Assembly (NCBI GenBank): GCA_918797485.1
Contig: CAKKNE010000005.1
Coordinates: 434,001 to 498,000, forward strand
Reading direction: 5' to 3'
DNA: 64,000 nt
DNA from: Pelagomonas calceolata
Taxonomy: Eukaryota
A model generated the notes under the pieces. That model was not told the origin of the DNA and made no database searches. It worked only from the letters and a program-made list of their open reading frames with translations. Of this stretch, positions 31,901-43,449 are shown one piece after another; position 1 is the first letter of the stretch, and each line of letters opens with the position of its first letter. The position numbers were made by a program, and so were the translations under genes.

Positions 31901-32818
31901 TCGAGAGCGATTCCCCGCGTGAAGATGCGTCACGACGCGGTAGGGCGTCGCCGCGGCGTCCGTCGGCGCGCTCGCCGAGACCTCCGCCGTCGCCGGTTCC
32001 GAGGGGTCGGCGGGTAGACCCTTGGCGCGCAGGAACGCCTTCCTCGCCTCCCGCAGCGCCGCAGCGGCTTCGGGCGACGGATCGCCGGAAGTTTCAAACC
32101 GCTGCCCGCCCTTGATCTCCGCTTTCCACAATCTTTGTTCGACGCGCTTGGGCTTGCAGAGCAAGAGCGTGGCGAGCGTCGCGGTGAGGGTCGCCGTGTC
32201 TTGTACGTTAGGCAGCTTGCCCGCGATGAAGAGATCGATAATGATGCTCGCGTAGGCCTCCTCCTGCGGCGCGGCGCTCCACGAGCCCGTGTTCGGAAAC
32301 GCGTCGTCGACCTCCATTCTTACCGGCGGCGGCGCCGCCGTGTTTGCGAGCGCCGTCAGGCGCCGCCTTCTACTACCAGACTCCGCGACGCGGGCGGCGG
32401 CCGCTTCTGCCGCGCGTCGCTCCGCCGCCTCCCGCTCCAGTTCTGCCTTGCGGTCGGCCATCGCCGCTGCTGCCGCCTCCGCCGTCTCGTAGTCGGCCCC
32501 GGAAGCATATCTTTCACCGCCCATCTTAAAAGCGTACCCGTACCTCGTCCCGGCCTTCACTTCACTTCTAAACACGTTCCCGGCCTGGGTCGTTCGAGGC
32601 TTACCCGCCCCGGCCGCGGCTGCACCCGTCGCATCCGATACCAAAACGTCAGCTGATGAGTCCGTCGTGTTTAGGGCCGCCGCGTCCCCCGCCTCGCGCG
32701 TCGGCGGCGGCGGCGCGTTGGCTTCTTCCGCGTCAGCCGTCCCGCCTGCTACTGGTTTCTTCTTCGGCGTGTTCCACGTCTTGTCTTTAGCGCCCTTTTT
32801 AGTTGGACGCTCATCCAT
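28926..32818 (-). CDS. Large putative DNA-binding protein with duplicated AP2-like + Myb-like modules; probable intron 29271-29413
   Basis: RNVYRR..RYGYQF..YETAEAAA (AP2-like); GSWS..QEEAYA..IIDLF..GKL..TL...LLLCKP.RV (stramenopile Myb-like). Confidence 0.6.
31055..32722. repeat. Intragenic tandem duplication, ~845 bp period (31055-31870 and 31898-32722)
   Basis: Long near-identical stretches at both DNA and protein level. Confidence 0.92.
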
Positions 32819-33835
32819 GCTCGCGTAGAAACCGCGACCACGTCGCTCGAAAGCCGTCGCGTAGCAGTTTCGTCGCAGCGGTTGCCACGAAGGCGACCTC
32901 GAAGGCCTCGACGACCCAGGCAGGCCTCGAGCGGTGCGCCGCGTACCGTGACCGCCGCTGTAGGTCACCAATAATCTTGCACCCCTCACAAAGCTTTGTG
33001 AGCCCTGAGTTGCAACGACGCGCGGTGAGTAGTAGGCGCGTGGCGCGCCGAAGCGTACGCAGAGATTGCGTGACGCGCGGCGAGTGAGCAAGAATGCAAG
33101 GCACACCACCCAGGCTAGCTTTGGAATCGATTTAGCCGGCGAAAACCCGCGCGTTTCCCTATTCATAAAATCGCAGGAGCCGAGCCAATTCATCAAGAAT
33201 CCCACCGCATGAAGAATCCCAGGGCCGCGCATGGTCTTAGTCGCGGTCGGGACCGTCCGACGGCGCCGCGCGACCGACGACAGAGCCTCCTCACCGAGCG
33301 CGTCCGCGCGCTGTGTGCAATGCAGCTGGCGCGGACGGCTGCCTCCTTCCCGATCTCCGGCCCGGTACGCGGCTCTCAGCAACGTCGTCGGGGCAGCAAA
33401 GCCAGTGGGCTTATAGCCTTAGCCAGAACGGACGCGCGTCTCGGGAGAGTAGGGTCGCGGCGATGGCGTCGACGAGGCGCTGTGTGTTGCTGTATAATAC
33501 CATGCCACGGGGCTGCGGCGCTCCAGAGCAAGCCCGGGCGTTAGCTGGCGTCGATCTGCTGTGAAAGTGCGGGTCTGGTACGCCGCGCGCGGCGCACCGC
33601 CAGATCGGCGCGCCCCACGAGGCCTCGTCCTTACGGCAACTCAATCTTACGAGAAAGTGGCTCGTCGAGAAGTGACTGGGAGCCGGCGAGGCGCGTCGTG
33701 CGGACGCGCGTCAGGACCTCGTTCCCCAAGTCGACGCGACTCCACGACTTTGCCGCGGCTCCGCGAACACTTCCCAAGACCGCTACTCGCGGCGTCTCGA
33801 AGGTAGAAGCTCCTCTAGAGCGGCCGAGGGCCGTA

Positions 33836-36073
33836 GGACGCGTCAAGCGGCCACGTCGTCGTCGTGCAGGCGACCCGAGTACGAGGAGCGACGCATCGTC
33901 AGCGTCTCCAGCGCACGTGGAACTAAGCAATGCGTCGATGGCGTCGTCGAGTTCTCAGTACGCGCCGTCAGAGGCGATGAGTTCTCCCGCGCGCATGCAA
34001 CAAGAGCGGAGCGTCGTACCGGTACTAGTCTCGTTCCACGCGGCGGCAGTAGCAGCATTGATTATAAAGTTCTCGAGGTCCTTGCAGTCCGCGCCGGCGG
34101 CCGCGGAACGTCGCGCCGCGCGCAGATGCCCGGGTCCGGACGTCGTCTGCGTCTACCAACCGCTGGTCCGACGCACGTCTTGTGGCGACGAGAAGCGTTG
34201 CCACGAGGCGCTGCGGCAGCCCGCGGGCGCGTCGAGCGCCGAATTGGACGTCTTTTTGTGGTAGCGCGCCGACTCCAACGAAGCGCTGCTGCGCGCGGGC
34301 GCGGGTGCTGATCGCGGCGACGCGGCGCGGCGACGGCGTCGCGTCCGCTCTTGCTCGTGGCCGCGGCTCTGGCGGCGGCTCTGAATCGGCGACGGCGTCT
34401 GCACGGACTTCTGTTGAGGAAGCGTTGCGCCACGTGCTCGTGTCGCGCGCGTCGCGCCCAGCAGCTCGCGCCCAGCAGCTGGGCCGGCCTCGCGCCGCGG
34501 CGACCGCGTCCACGACGTCGCGCTGTGCTCTCAGTGACAGGGAGAGCAGTAGAGCAGTGCTCTCCGACGCGCAGTGGTTGCGTACGTTTGTTGGGGCGTC
34601 TCACGAGCTTTTGGGCAGCCCTTCCGGGCGGCTCGTTCGCGCAGACGGCGTCGCGAACCGACCAAACAAAAAGCGGCCGCAGCTTCCGGTTGGCATACTA
34701 GCCCTCGGTTCTTGAAAACCCACTAGCTTTTAGAACATTTCGGTGTTAATGCATGAAAATAGGCGGCATTTCATTTGCTTTCGACCTCTCCGTGGGGCTG
34801 CGTCGCCAGGGACTCGTTCCTGACCCTTGCGAGACCCGAGGACCGCCGCCCAGGGAGGCATAGCTCACTTCACCAATCAAACACCGATGCTCGCAATTAA
34901 GCTAGAAGGAAAGAATTGGTACTAGCCTGCGAGCTCAGGTCGACTTGCTTAAAAAGTGCCCTTTGCACTCGCAGGTGCCCCTGAGGCTGCCCAGTGAGCG
35001 CAGCCCACAGCCAGGCTCCCAAGGCAGCTGCCAAGCAACAGCAGCGGCAGCTGGAGGCAACGTGCCACTTCGACACTCCACTTCCGATTTGGTGCATGAA
35101 GTTGCCCCTGGCCCCTTGCCCGTCACATGAACGCGAAATGCAGGTGCGGGCGGGCTCCGGTGCTCATTGGAGCTCGCGTGGCAAATTTGATTTTAGGCTA
35201 GGCAAGGTGCAGCTCGCATGTGCGCCTCATGCGCACGGGGGCGGCTCTCGCTGCCATCGACGCGCAGCCGACGGCCGCCGTGGCGCCTTTAGCTCGACGG
35301 CGCTTCAGTTGACGCTCCGCGCGGCGGCTGCGTGGACGCCGAGTGGGCGTGGCCGCGAGCTGCACGCACGCTCCGCTTCCAAGTCCCAGCATTCAACTCC
35401 TTGGGCGTCGGAAGGATGCTACTAGAGGCGCTAAGTTGTTTGCGTGGAATTGGAGCTGCCTCGCTGCCACCGTCGTGCCGCCGCGTCGGCGCTGCTTCGA
35501 TCGGGCCGCTCGAGGTAATGTCGCATGTGCCTCTAGACCGGCAGAAATAAGTTAGCGGCGGGTCTTCGCCCATTTCCGGTGCCTGCGTACCGGCGAAGTT
35601 GTTCTTCAGGACAGTTAGATAGCCCGCCACCGAGCGCCGCCTCGAACGGGCCGCCGAACTGCCGAGGTGACGTTGCATGTGCCTCTAGACCGGCAGAAAT
35701 AAGTTAGCGGCGGGTCTTCGCCCATTTCCGCTGCCTGCGTACCGGCGAAGTTCTTCTTCAGGACAGTTAGATAGCCCGCTGGCCACCGAGCTCCGCCGCC
35801 GAACTGCCGAGGTGACGTCGCATGTGCCTCTAGACCGGCAGAAATAAGTTAGCGGCGGGTCTTCGCCCATTTCCGCTGCCTGCGTACCGGCGAAGTTATT
35901 CTTCAGGACAGTTAGATAGCCCGCCACCGAGCGCCGCCTGGACGCGTCAAGCGGCCACGTCGTCGTCGTGCAGGCGACCCGAGTACGAGGAGCGATGCAT
36001 CGTCAGCGTCTCCAGCGCACGTGGAACTAAGCAATGCGTCGATGGCGTCGTCGAGTTCTCGGTACGCGCTGTC
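33836..36073. repeat. 134-bp direct repeat (33836-33969 and 35940-36073)
   Basis: Near-identical copies 2104 bp apart. Confidence 0.88.
35512..35939. repeat. Three tandem copies of a 145-152 bp unit
   Basis: GCATGTGCCTCTAGACCGG starts at 35523, 35675 and 35820. Confidence 0.92.
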
Positions 36074-36597
36074 CGATGGCGTGTGGGGTCACGAACTCGG
36101 GCACTGGCTCGACTCACTGCTGCCCCCCAAACCCGCCCGGGCGGCCTTCCCTGTCCATAATACACCTCCAAGGGGCGACGCCGGTCTGGTTGGGCGCAAA
36201 GGCGTGGGCTGTCGCGCGTCGCGGCCTCCGCGTCTGAATAAATCCCAAAAACAACCCCGGTACCCTTGCGAGGTCTAGGTTGGCTTCCCCGAGCGCCTGC
36301 GACGCGTAGAAGAGGGATCCGAGCGCTCCGCGGTTAGCGGCTCGTACGCCTCGCACGCAGAGGTCGGTGCCATCGACGAGCTTTCACGTGTCTCAGCAAC
36401 CCCCTGACGGGCTAAACACGCTTGCCCGCGCTGCCGCAACTTTCAACAGTCCCCCACGCTTGCCCTGACTACTTTCCCAACCACAAACGAAGCTTTGGGG
36501 ACGCGTGGGCCGGGCGCCGAGCCGCACAACATTCTCTGCTTATTGTAGCCGGGAGGCCGGGCCAAGGCTCCCCCAGCGCCCCTGAGGCACCGCCCCG

Positions 36598-38721
36598 ATG
36601 GCGACGCCTCCCCCCCCGCCCCCCTCCACCCCAAGGACCCCCCAGCCGCGCCGCGCCGAGACCGTCCACAGCGCCGGCGGCGTCGGCTCGACGCTCAAAA
36701 CGACGGACGCGGCGCTAGTCATCTACTTAGCTGATGCGTGGGCGGCCAGAGCCGTGCTAGGTGGCCGAAGGAAATTAGAAGTCACGCCGTGGACGACAGT
36801 TCGGGAGACGAAAGCACTGGTCGCCAAGCTCCTGAAGATCCCTCCGCAACGACAGCGGCTCTTCTGGCGCTCTACGGAGTTAGTTGATGCTCGAACGTTG
36901 GAAGAATCCGGAGTCCATAAATCGGGCGAGACGTTACTTTTTGACGTTTCTCACCAAGCTACGGCGAGTTCTCCGACTCTCGAACCGGTGTCGTGCGCCG
37001 CCATCCACGAGGCGGAAGGCGCCTTGCCGCCTCCTCTAGGGAAGGCCCTGCTGAAAGCTCGACGGGGCTTAGTTGTCGGTCGACGCAAACCTGAATTAGC
37101 TCTAGATGGTACTGGAGGTACTTATTTCTTGGCCGGCCTCGACGGCGTCTACGCGGGCTGCTTCAAGCCGTCGGACGAGGAGACGTTCTGCGAGAACAAT
37201 CCTCGCTTGTTCGCGGGCGATTCGTCGGCTTTGAGGAGGGGCGTGAGGCCGGGCGAGGCCCACGCGAGGGAAGTCGCCGCCTATTTACTAGATGCGCGCA
37301 GTGGCTCGTTGGCCGGCGTCCCGGCGACAACATTGGCAACCTCGTCCCACAAGAACTACGCTTATGCTGATAGACGCGTAGTCGAGAAGATCGGGAGCTT
37401 CCAGGTCTACGTGCCCCACGACGGCGTCGCCGAGGACTTTGCTCCTTCCACCTTTGATGTGGCGCGCTTGCAAGCCATCGCGGCGCTCGACGTCCGCTGT
37501 TTGAACAGTGACAGGAACGCGGCGAACTTGCTGGTACCAAGCAACAAGAAGAAGGACATCCGCTTGGTGCCCATCGACCACGGTTTTTGTTTACCGGAAG
37601 TCCTGTCCATCGAGTGGTTCGACTGGTGCTGGATCGACTGGAAGGCCGTTAGCGAGCCGGTCGATCCGAGGGTCAAGGCGTCGATTCTGTCGTTGGACGC
37701 GGAGAAGGACGCGACGGCGCTGCGCGACGCTTTGGGGTTGCGACCGAAGTCGTTGCGGCTGTTGATAGCTGCTACCAAACTATTACAGAAAGGTGTTAGA
37801 GCGGGATTGACCATCCGAGACGTCGCGGAATTAGTAGTGAAACCCGACGATAGCTCGAGTGCGCCGGGCGGCAAAGCCGCCGCGACCAAGGGTCGATTGG
37901 CGGTCTGCGTCACGCGCGCCAACGATTTAGCTGACTTAGCGGTGAAGGAAGGCCGTTCAAGAGGTGCGAGGCCGCGCTTCGTCGGGCGAGTGGTCTCGCC
38001 GCCAGCCTCGCCAGGCAAGGACGAAGACTTGATCAGGGCCGCCGTCGCCGTGAAAGCCGCCGCGCTGCCGGCCTCGGAGCCGATCCGCATCACGACGTCG
38101 GGAGCCTGGGGTACCGCGTGGCCCAAACCTCCGCAACGGTCGCCGTCGCCGTCGTCCCCCAAAGGCTCGCCGCGCTGGGTCGACGGGCCGCCGTCGTCCG
38201 TTCTGGAGAGACCGCGCGGCGTGCCGGCGTCGCCCATGGCCAGTCGCTTATTGTCCTCTTCCTCGGGAGATGATTCCGACCCGCGGGGCTCTCCTTCCTC
38301 GGCGTCGTCGCCGCCCCAAGTCACGCCGCCGTCGGAACGTATTGACGACCAACCGCGGCGCTTCTCGGCGCCGCCGTTGCCTGATGTGGAAGCGCGCCCG
38401 CGCACCGACAGTACCGTGGGCGAATTGCCGCGGCCGACGCCCCGCAAGGCGCGCGGCTCGCCGCTCGTACGCCTGCATTCGTGCCCGTCGCTCGCGGAGG
38501 CGGTCTCCGTGAAGCTGGTCGACCGCAAGGAGGGCCAGCCCCTACGGAGGAACCGTTCGCGAGGCGAGTACCTCGACGGGGCCGCGCTCCGCCGCCTGCG
38601 CTCGCATGACGAAGTGGAGCACGACGCGCACTTCGCGCACTACCTCGACGGTTTATTGGACGACCTCGTGGCCTGGAAGAAGCGGCGCGTCGACTACCCG
38701 GCGCTGTCGACGACGGCCTAG
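36598..38721 (+). CDS. Ubiquitin-like domain + type II PI4-kinase gamma-like protein
   Basis: QRLFW UBL; GTGGTYF, FKPSDEE, REVAAYLLD, DRNAAN, PIDHGFCLP. Confidence 0.9.
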   Translation: MATPPPPPPSTPRTPQPRRAETVHSAGGVGSTLKTTDAALVIYLADAWAARAVLGGRRKLEVTPWTTVRETKALVAKLLKIPPQRQRLFWRSTELVDARTLEESGVHKSGETLLFDVSHQATASSPTLEPVSCAAIHEAEGALPPPLGKALLKARRGLVVGRRKPELALDGTGGTYFLAGLDGVYAGCFKPSDEETFCENNPRLFAGDSSALRRGVRPGEAHAREVAAYLLDARSGSLAGVPATTLATSSHKNYAYADRRVVEKIGSFQVYVPHDGVAEDFAPSTFDVARLQAIAALDVRCLNSDRNAANLLVPSNKKKDIRLVPIDHGFCLPEVLSIEWFDWCWIDWKAVSEPVDPRVKASILSLDAEKDATALRDALGLRPKSLRLLIAATKLLQKGVRAGLTIRDVAELVVKPDDSSSAPGGKAAATKGRLAVCVTRANDLADLAVKEGRSRGARPRFVGRVVSPPASPGKDEDLIRAAVAVKAAALPASEPIRITTSGAWGTAWPKPPQRSPSPSSPKGSPRWVDGPPSSVLERPRGVPASPMASRLLSSSSGDDSDPRGSPSSASSPPQVTPPSERIDDQPRRFSAPPLPDVEARPRTDSTVGELPRPTPRKARGSPLVRLHSCPSLAEAVSVKLVDRKEGQPLRRNRSRGEYLDGAALRRLRSHDEVEHDAHFAHYLDGLLDDLVAWKKRRVDYPALSTTA

Positions 38722-38917
38722 GTCTTTTTCCGCGCGCGGCCCGGACGGCCGTGCTGCACAATTTGACCCGCACAAAAAGCAAAATATAAAAGCCATTTCT
38801 TGTTGAATCACTAGCTTGCTGGGGCGCCCGCGGCGTCGACGGCGTGTTGGTGGCCCAATGGTCGTAATCCCCAGCACGCCGTCGCCGCGACACGAGGAAA
38901 CGACGGAAAAAGGCATG

Positions 38918-39622
38918 TTACTCCGACCCGTACATCTCCTGGAAGAGCGCGCGCTGCGGCATGTTCGTGAGGATCTCGGCGACGGCCCGCGATTGGGGCA
39001 GGCCCCGCGCGATGCGCTTGCCGTACTCGGCCGCGAAGGCCTCGACGAACTCGCGCTGCGTCATGCGGCCGCCCTTTTTGCTGAAGACGCGCGTGATCCG
39101 CCGCGCGCCCGCGCGCGCTTGCCGGGCCTCCCAGGTCCGCTCCGTGCCCGTGAGGTCGTTTTCTCGGCTCACCGTCCGCATCCGCTCGCTCACCCAGCGG
39201 CTCGTGAAGGCGTCGAGCGCGACCGCACCGGATTTGGTCTGGTCGTAGCTGTCGAAGAGCCTGATTAAGGCCGCCTCGACGGAGTCCGGCTTCGGCGTCG
39301 GCGCGAAGTTCGCGGCGGTCGAGGCCGGCGCCGGCGTTGCGGGAGCGGTGGCCACGGAGGGCGGGCCGGCCGCTCGGAGGAGCTCGGCGGCCTTCGCCCG
39401 CCGTGCTCGCTTTTGTTCTAATGATTTCGCGAATGTGTCGAGCTGCGCGATGGCGTCGCAGGCGTCACCGTCCCCCGCGCCGCAGCGCTTTTCGAGGTCC
39501 AGCACATAATCCGAGAGGAGGGCGGATTTGACGGCTCTGGCCGGCGCCGCCCGCGCCGGGCGCGATAGAGGGGCCTGGAGCGCGGCAGTGCATGTAATGA
39601 GGCCAAGGATGCGGGGCGCCAT
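38918..39622 (-). CDS. Probable plastid-targeted EF-hand protein
   Basis: Bipartite presequence; FDSYDQTKSGAVALDAF EF-hand-like. Confidence 0.65.
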   Translation of the reverse strand: MAPRILGLITCTAALQAPLSRPARAAPARAVKSALLSDYVLDLEKRCGAGDGDACDAIAQLDTFAKSLEQKRARRAKAAELLRAAGPPSVATAPATPAPASTAANFAPTPKPDSVEAALIRLFDSYDQTKSGAVALDAFTSRWVSERMRTVSRENDLTGTERTWEARQARAGARRITRVFSKKGGRMTQREFVEAFAAEYGKRIARGLPQSRAVAEILTNMPQRALFQEMYGSE

Positions 39623-39736
39623 TTGTGACGAGGCCCCGCGCTTGCCTGTCGACCGAGGGTGTCGAATCACTTCGCAAAGAGCTCGTTCCCGGCCTTGGGC
39701 CTCTATTGGCTCTGTCTGCCCGGATACTCTGCGCTT

Positions 39737-39758
39737 GCTAGTGCCTTACAACGCTAGC
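39737..39758. promoter_or_regulatory. Paired-CTAG motif (reverse strand GCTAGCGTTGTAAGGCACTAGC)
   Basis: Divergent intergenic region. Confidence 0.6.
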
Positions 39759-39956
39759 TGATTATGGAGAGCAAGTCCTTTGCTTTAGGCCTGCATAAAG
39801 AGCCTACACGCGACCTACGCAGCCGCTAACACGCGGTTACGCAAGAAAATTACTGCCACCCGGCGGTGAGAGCAACCGCCTTGCACGCCGAGCCCCCGCG
39901 CGCCGACCACGACCACTTAGCTGCAGGAAGCGAAACGCCGCCGACGTAGAGACACG

Positions 39957-42034
39957 ATGGCAACGAACCCGCCCGACCCACCCGACGACCGTCTCAAGAA
40001 GATGGCCGAGCTGCGCCTCACCAAAAGCCATGGCGACGCGCTGAGGGCCGAGTCGCCGACGCTGCCGCGCTCGAAGGGCTCCAAGGGTTCGCTGCATTCC
40101 CTGCTCAGCGAGCCGCCGCTCTCGCCCTCGTCGACGGCGTCCACAAGCCCTCCAGCAAGGGGCGTCCTCGGGACGGCCCTGCAGGCGGACGCCAGACGAC
40201 TGAGCCAGTCTTACTCGCACGCAAGCGGCCACGGTCTCAGAGCTGTGGAGGAAGAAAGACTAGCAAGGCGCGGCTCGGTCTGCGGACAGCTGGAGCGGCT
40301 CGATGAACATGGGGAGTGGCGGCCTTGCGACGGCGAGTTGAGCGGTGGAGTTTTTACGGTACGAGCCCCGACGCAATCACCACTATCGGGAGAAAGGAGG
40401 CATTCCTTCGATACTGTAAGTGACGATAGCGATGGAGAAGAAGCGGATTTTGTCGCTCGGTTAGATGAACTCGCCGTCGCGCCGGGCCGACGGGGACGAC
40501 TAGTAGCGCGGTGTGCGCTCACTACCGTAAGAGTAGTAGGCACGGCGCCGCAGCACGGCGAGCAGGCCTTCCGCCTTGTTTTAGACGGCGGGCGGCGCCA
40601 CGTCTTCATGAAAGCTCAAAGTTATGATGACATGTGCATGTGGTTATTAGGCTTCCACCGCTCCTTAGCGGCGGTCGTCGCTCGACTAAAGAGGCAGCCG
40701 CCGGGCTCGCCCCTGCCGTTCCGCGGACGGGCGTCTTCCGCGGACAACGGCTCGCCTCAAAGCGCAGCTTCGGACGACCTCCACAAAAAATCGGCCCACC
40801 GGCCGCGGCGGACGCCGCCGGGCTCGCCGCGGAGACCGCCGCCTCCCCCTCCATTAACACCGCCCTCCCAGGACGACGGCGAGCCTTTATATAGGAAGAG
40901 CAGCGCCAGAACGTTTTGCACGGGCAAGTACGTCCCGCCGGCCTTGCGCGGCAAAGGGAGTTTACCGGTCTTGGACGACTTTGAAGAAATAGGCGAGCCC
41001 GTCGTGGCGGAGTGGCGGTCCCAAGCGGGCCTGCGGTGGCGGTCGGCCGTCGCGTGCGAGCGCGGTGCTTACGCGGCGTCCTTTATCGCGGCGACGGCGT
41101 GCGGGGGGCGCCGGACGCCATCGCCGCGACCCCGTCATCAAACGCAGGCCCGCGCCGCACGAACGAGGACGCCTTCCACGAGGGCGAGACCTTTTATGGA
41201 GTGTATGACGGTCATAGTGGTGACGACGTCGCCAAAAAGTGCGCGCGGGAATTGCACGCGCGCTTCGAGGCCTCGGATGGAGACGCGGAGACGGCTTTAC
41301 GAGCTGCTTTCTTGAGGTTGGATGCCGACTACTGCTCGGCTGCATCTAGGAACGAAGCTTCTCCGGACGCCGGCGCCACGGCCCTGGCATTGGTCGTGGA
41401 ACCTTCCCAACGACGAATTATCGTGGCGAACTGCGGCGACTGCGCCGCTGTTTTATGTAGGAATGGCTCTGCTGTTGCTTTATCTAAACCGCATTCTCCT
41501 GTTCCGCACTCGGACGAGTACGAAAGAGTAATACAAGCGGGGGGCTGGGTCACGTCGGAGACGGATTTATGTGTGGGGCGGTTGCGAAGCATGGACCTGG
41601 AGGACCCGGAGATCTCGCGGTCGATCCAGGACAGGGTCCGACTCAACGAAATTCACCGCGTGTGCGGCGAAGTGGCCGTGAGTCGCGCTTTGGGCGACGT
41701 GGACTTTAAAGGATGGACCTCCTCTTCCGAGAGAGAGCCGCCGTGCTTCGCGTACCCGGAGGGCCATCCCCGGCGTTTTTCCGGTGACCTGTTGACCGCG
41801 GAGCCCGAAATTCAAGAAGCCTCGCTAGGCAATGCGCATGCCTTCGTCGTTTTGGCTACGGACGGTCTCTGGGACGTGCTGGACGGCGAGGAGGCCGTGC
41901 GCGTCGTGTCCAATCTCTTGAAGGACGGCAAGGCGCCCCAGGAGTGCTGCGCGGAGCTGGTCGCTCGTGCGTTGAGATTGGGGTCGGGGGACAACGTGAC
42001 GGCTCTCGTGGTCGAGTTCGCCGCTGCCGACTAG
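39957..42034 (+). CDS. PH-domain + PP2C (PPM) phosphatase; intron 41065-41147
   Basis: Splice restores G|PRRTNED; YDGH, ANCGD, VSRALGD, ATDGLWD, GSGDNVT; PH-type C-helix with Trp. Confidence 0.9.
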
Positions 42035-42371
42035 TGGTGTGTACATATTTAGGAATAGCACCTTGTGATTTGCGGCCGCGGCGGGTCGACCGCGGCAACG
42101 ACCACCTCGGGCCGCGCTTCGTGCACCGCCTGACGTACTCCATGTGATTCCATGGAAGGTCATCATCAAGCTACCCCTTGTCGTCTGAACTCCCTCCCCC
42201 CTCATCAAGACGCCGCGACATCCGCGCAAACCCCCCTGGAGACCCAAGGTTGCCGCGCACCGGGTCTCCCTTGCGCCTCATTCCCTCCCCCCGTGTAATA
42301 TCGCACTATATAGCCTGGTGGCTCGAGGATTGCGCACAACGACAATGCCGTTCCCAAAGCTCGTTCGATTA

Positions 42372-42396
42372 GCTAGTGGTACTGTAAGACACTAGC
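42372..42396. promoter_or_regulatory. Paired-CTAG motif GCTAGTGGTACTGTAAGACACTAGC
   Basis: Upstream of the gene at 42713. Confidence 0.55.
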
Positions 42397-42712
42397 ACGT
42401 GCCTTCTCTGCGAAACCGTCCCCACCGGTGCATGTTTTTATCATATTGCAACCGTTTCGAGCCTTCGACCGCCGGCTCGCACTACTGGAGTGCTTTTTAG
42501 AGCTATTTATTATGCTTCCTGTTTCTTCTACAGAGGCCAGGCTTGCGCCAGCCTGGGCGCCTAGTAGCGAACACAAACGAACCGCGCGAGGCCAGACGAC
42601 ATAGCGATAGAGATTATACGTCGCGGCCTCGCTGTTCGAATCGAGGAGTCTCGACTCGCGCGCGAGCGGCGGGCGCGCCGCGCTTACGCGGCGAACGCGC
42701 AGGTCTCGCGCG

Positions 42713-43069
42713 ATGGCGCGCTTCTATGCAATCCTCGCGCTCGCGGCCGCGGCGGCCGCCGAATCGAAGCATGGCGGCCAGTTCGACGGCAAGCCGTGCA
42801 CGGACGCGCAGGTCTCGTGCCCGGACCATAGCCCCTCCAACGGCGCCTGCTGCGGCGCCGACGGCGGCTACCCGTGCTGCTACCCGGCGCAGGGCGGGTC
42901 CAGCATCGAGTTCAACGGCCGGTCGTGCTTCGCGGCGAACGACGGCGAAACTGGCGGCCCGAAGATGTGCGGCTCCGCGGACAACTCCGACGCGGCGAAG
43001 GGCCTCGTCGTCGACGCCGCCGTCGCGGTCGTCGCGGCCGTCTCTATTTACGCGGTGGCGCTATTCTAG
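42713..43069 (+). CDS. Small secreted Cys-rich protein with hydrophobic (GPI-like) tail
   Basis: Signal peptide, 8 Cys, hydrophobic C-terminus. Confidence 0.75.
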   Translation: MARFYAILALAAAAAAESKHGGQFDGKPCTDAQVSCPDHSPSNGACCGADGGYPCCYPAQGGSSIEFNGRSCFAANDGETGGPKMCGSADNSDAAKGLVVDAAVAVVAAVSIYAVALF

Positions 43070-43449
43070 GTCCCCGCGGCCTTCAAGACGAAGCCGGCCG
43101 CGACAAGCTACCCTCCCCGGGATCCCCCGCGCGCCACCGTCGTAACGTAAGCTTAGCAAACGGCGCTCCCGACGGCGGGAGCTGTCGCGACTCGTCGTTT
43201 ACTTGCCGGTCGCGCGGCGGCGCCCCGCACGTGCCTCTCCGAGGCAGAGCCCCATCCAAGCTCCGCGGAGGCGGCCTCACTTGCTGGGCCGGTGGCGGAC
43301 GGCGCGCGTGCTGCGAGCGCCATCTGACTCCATTACAACTCGAATCTGTCCATCGCGGACGGCGCCAACACTGGCGGGCTGCCAACCAAGCGCCTGCTGA
43401 AGCCTGCTGAACAACATCGAGGCTGTCCTCGTAGCATCGCCCCGGACGC

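Noticed and set aside
32819..33382. N-terminal extension of the 1366-aa ORF
   Set aside because: Reads like translated GC-rich non-coding DNA; MDERP at 32818 is the more plausible start
35512..35939. Possible CRISPR-like array
   Set aside because: Units are long whole-unit tandem copies without unique spacers; eukaryotic context and no cas genes
37407..38528. Long antisense ORF (and many similar ones in the track)
   Set aside because: Antisense shadows of real GC3-rich genes
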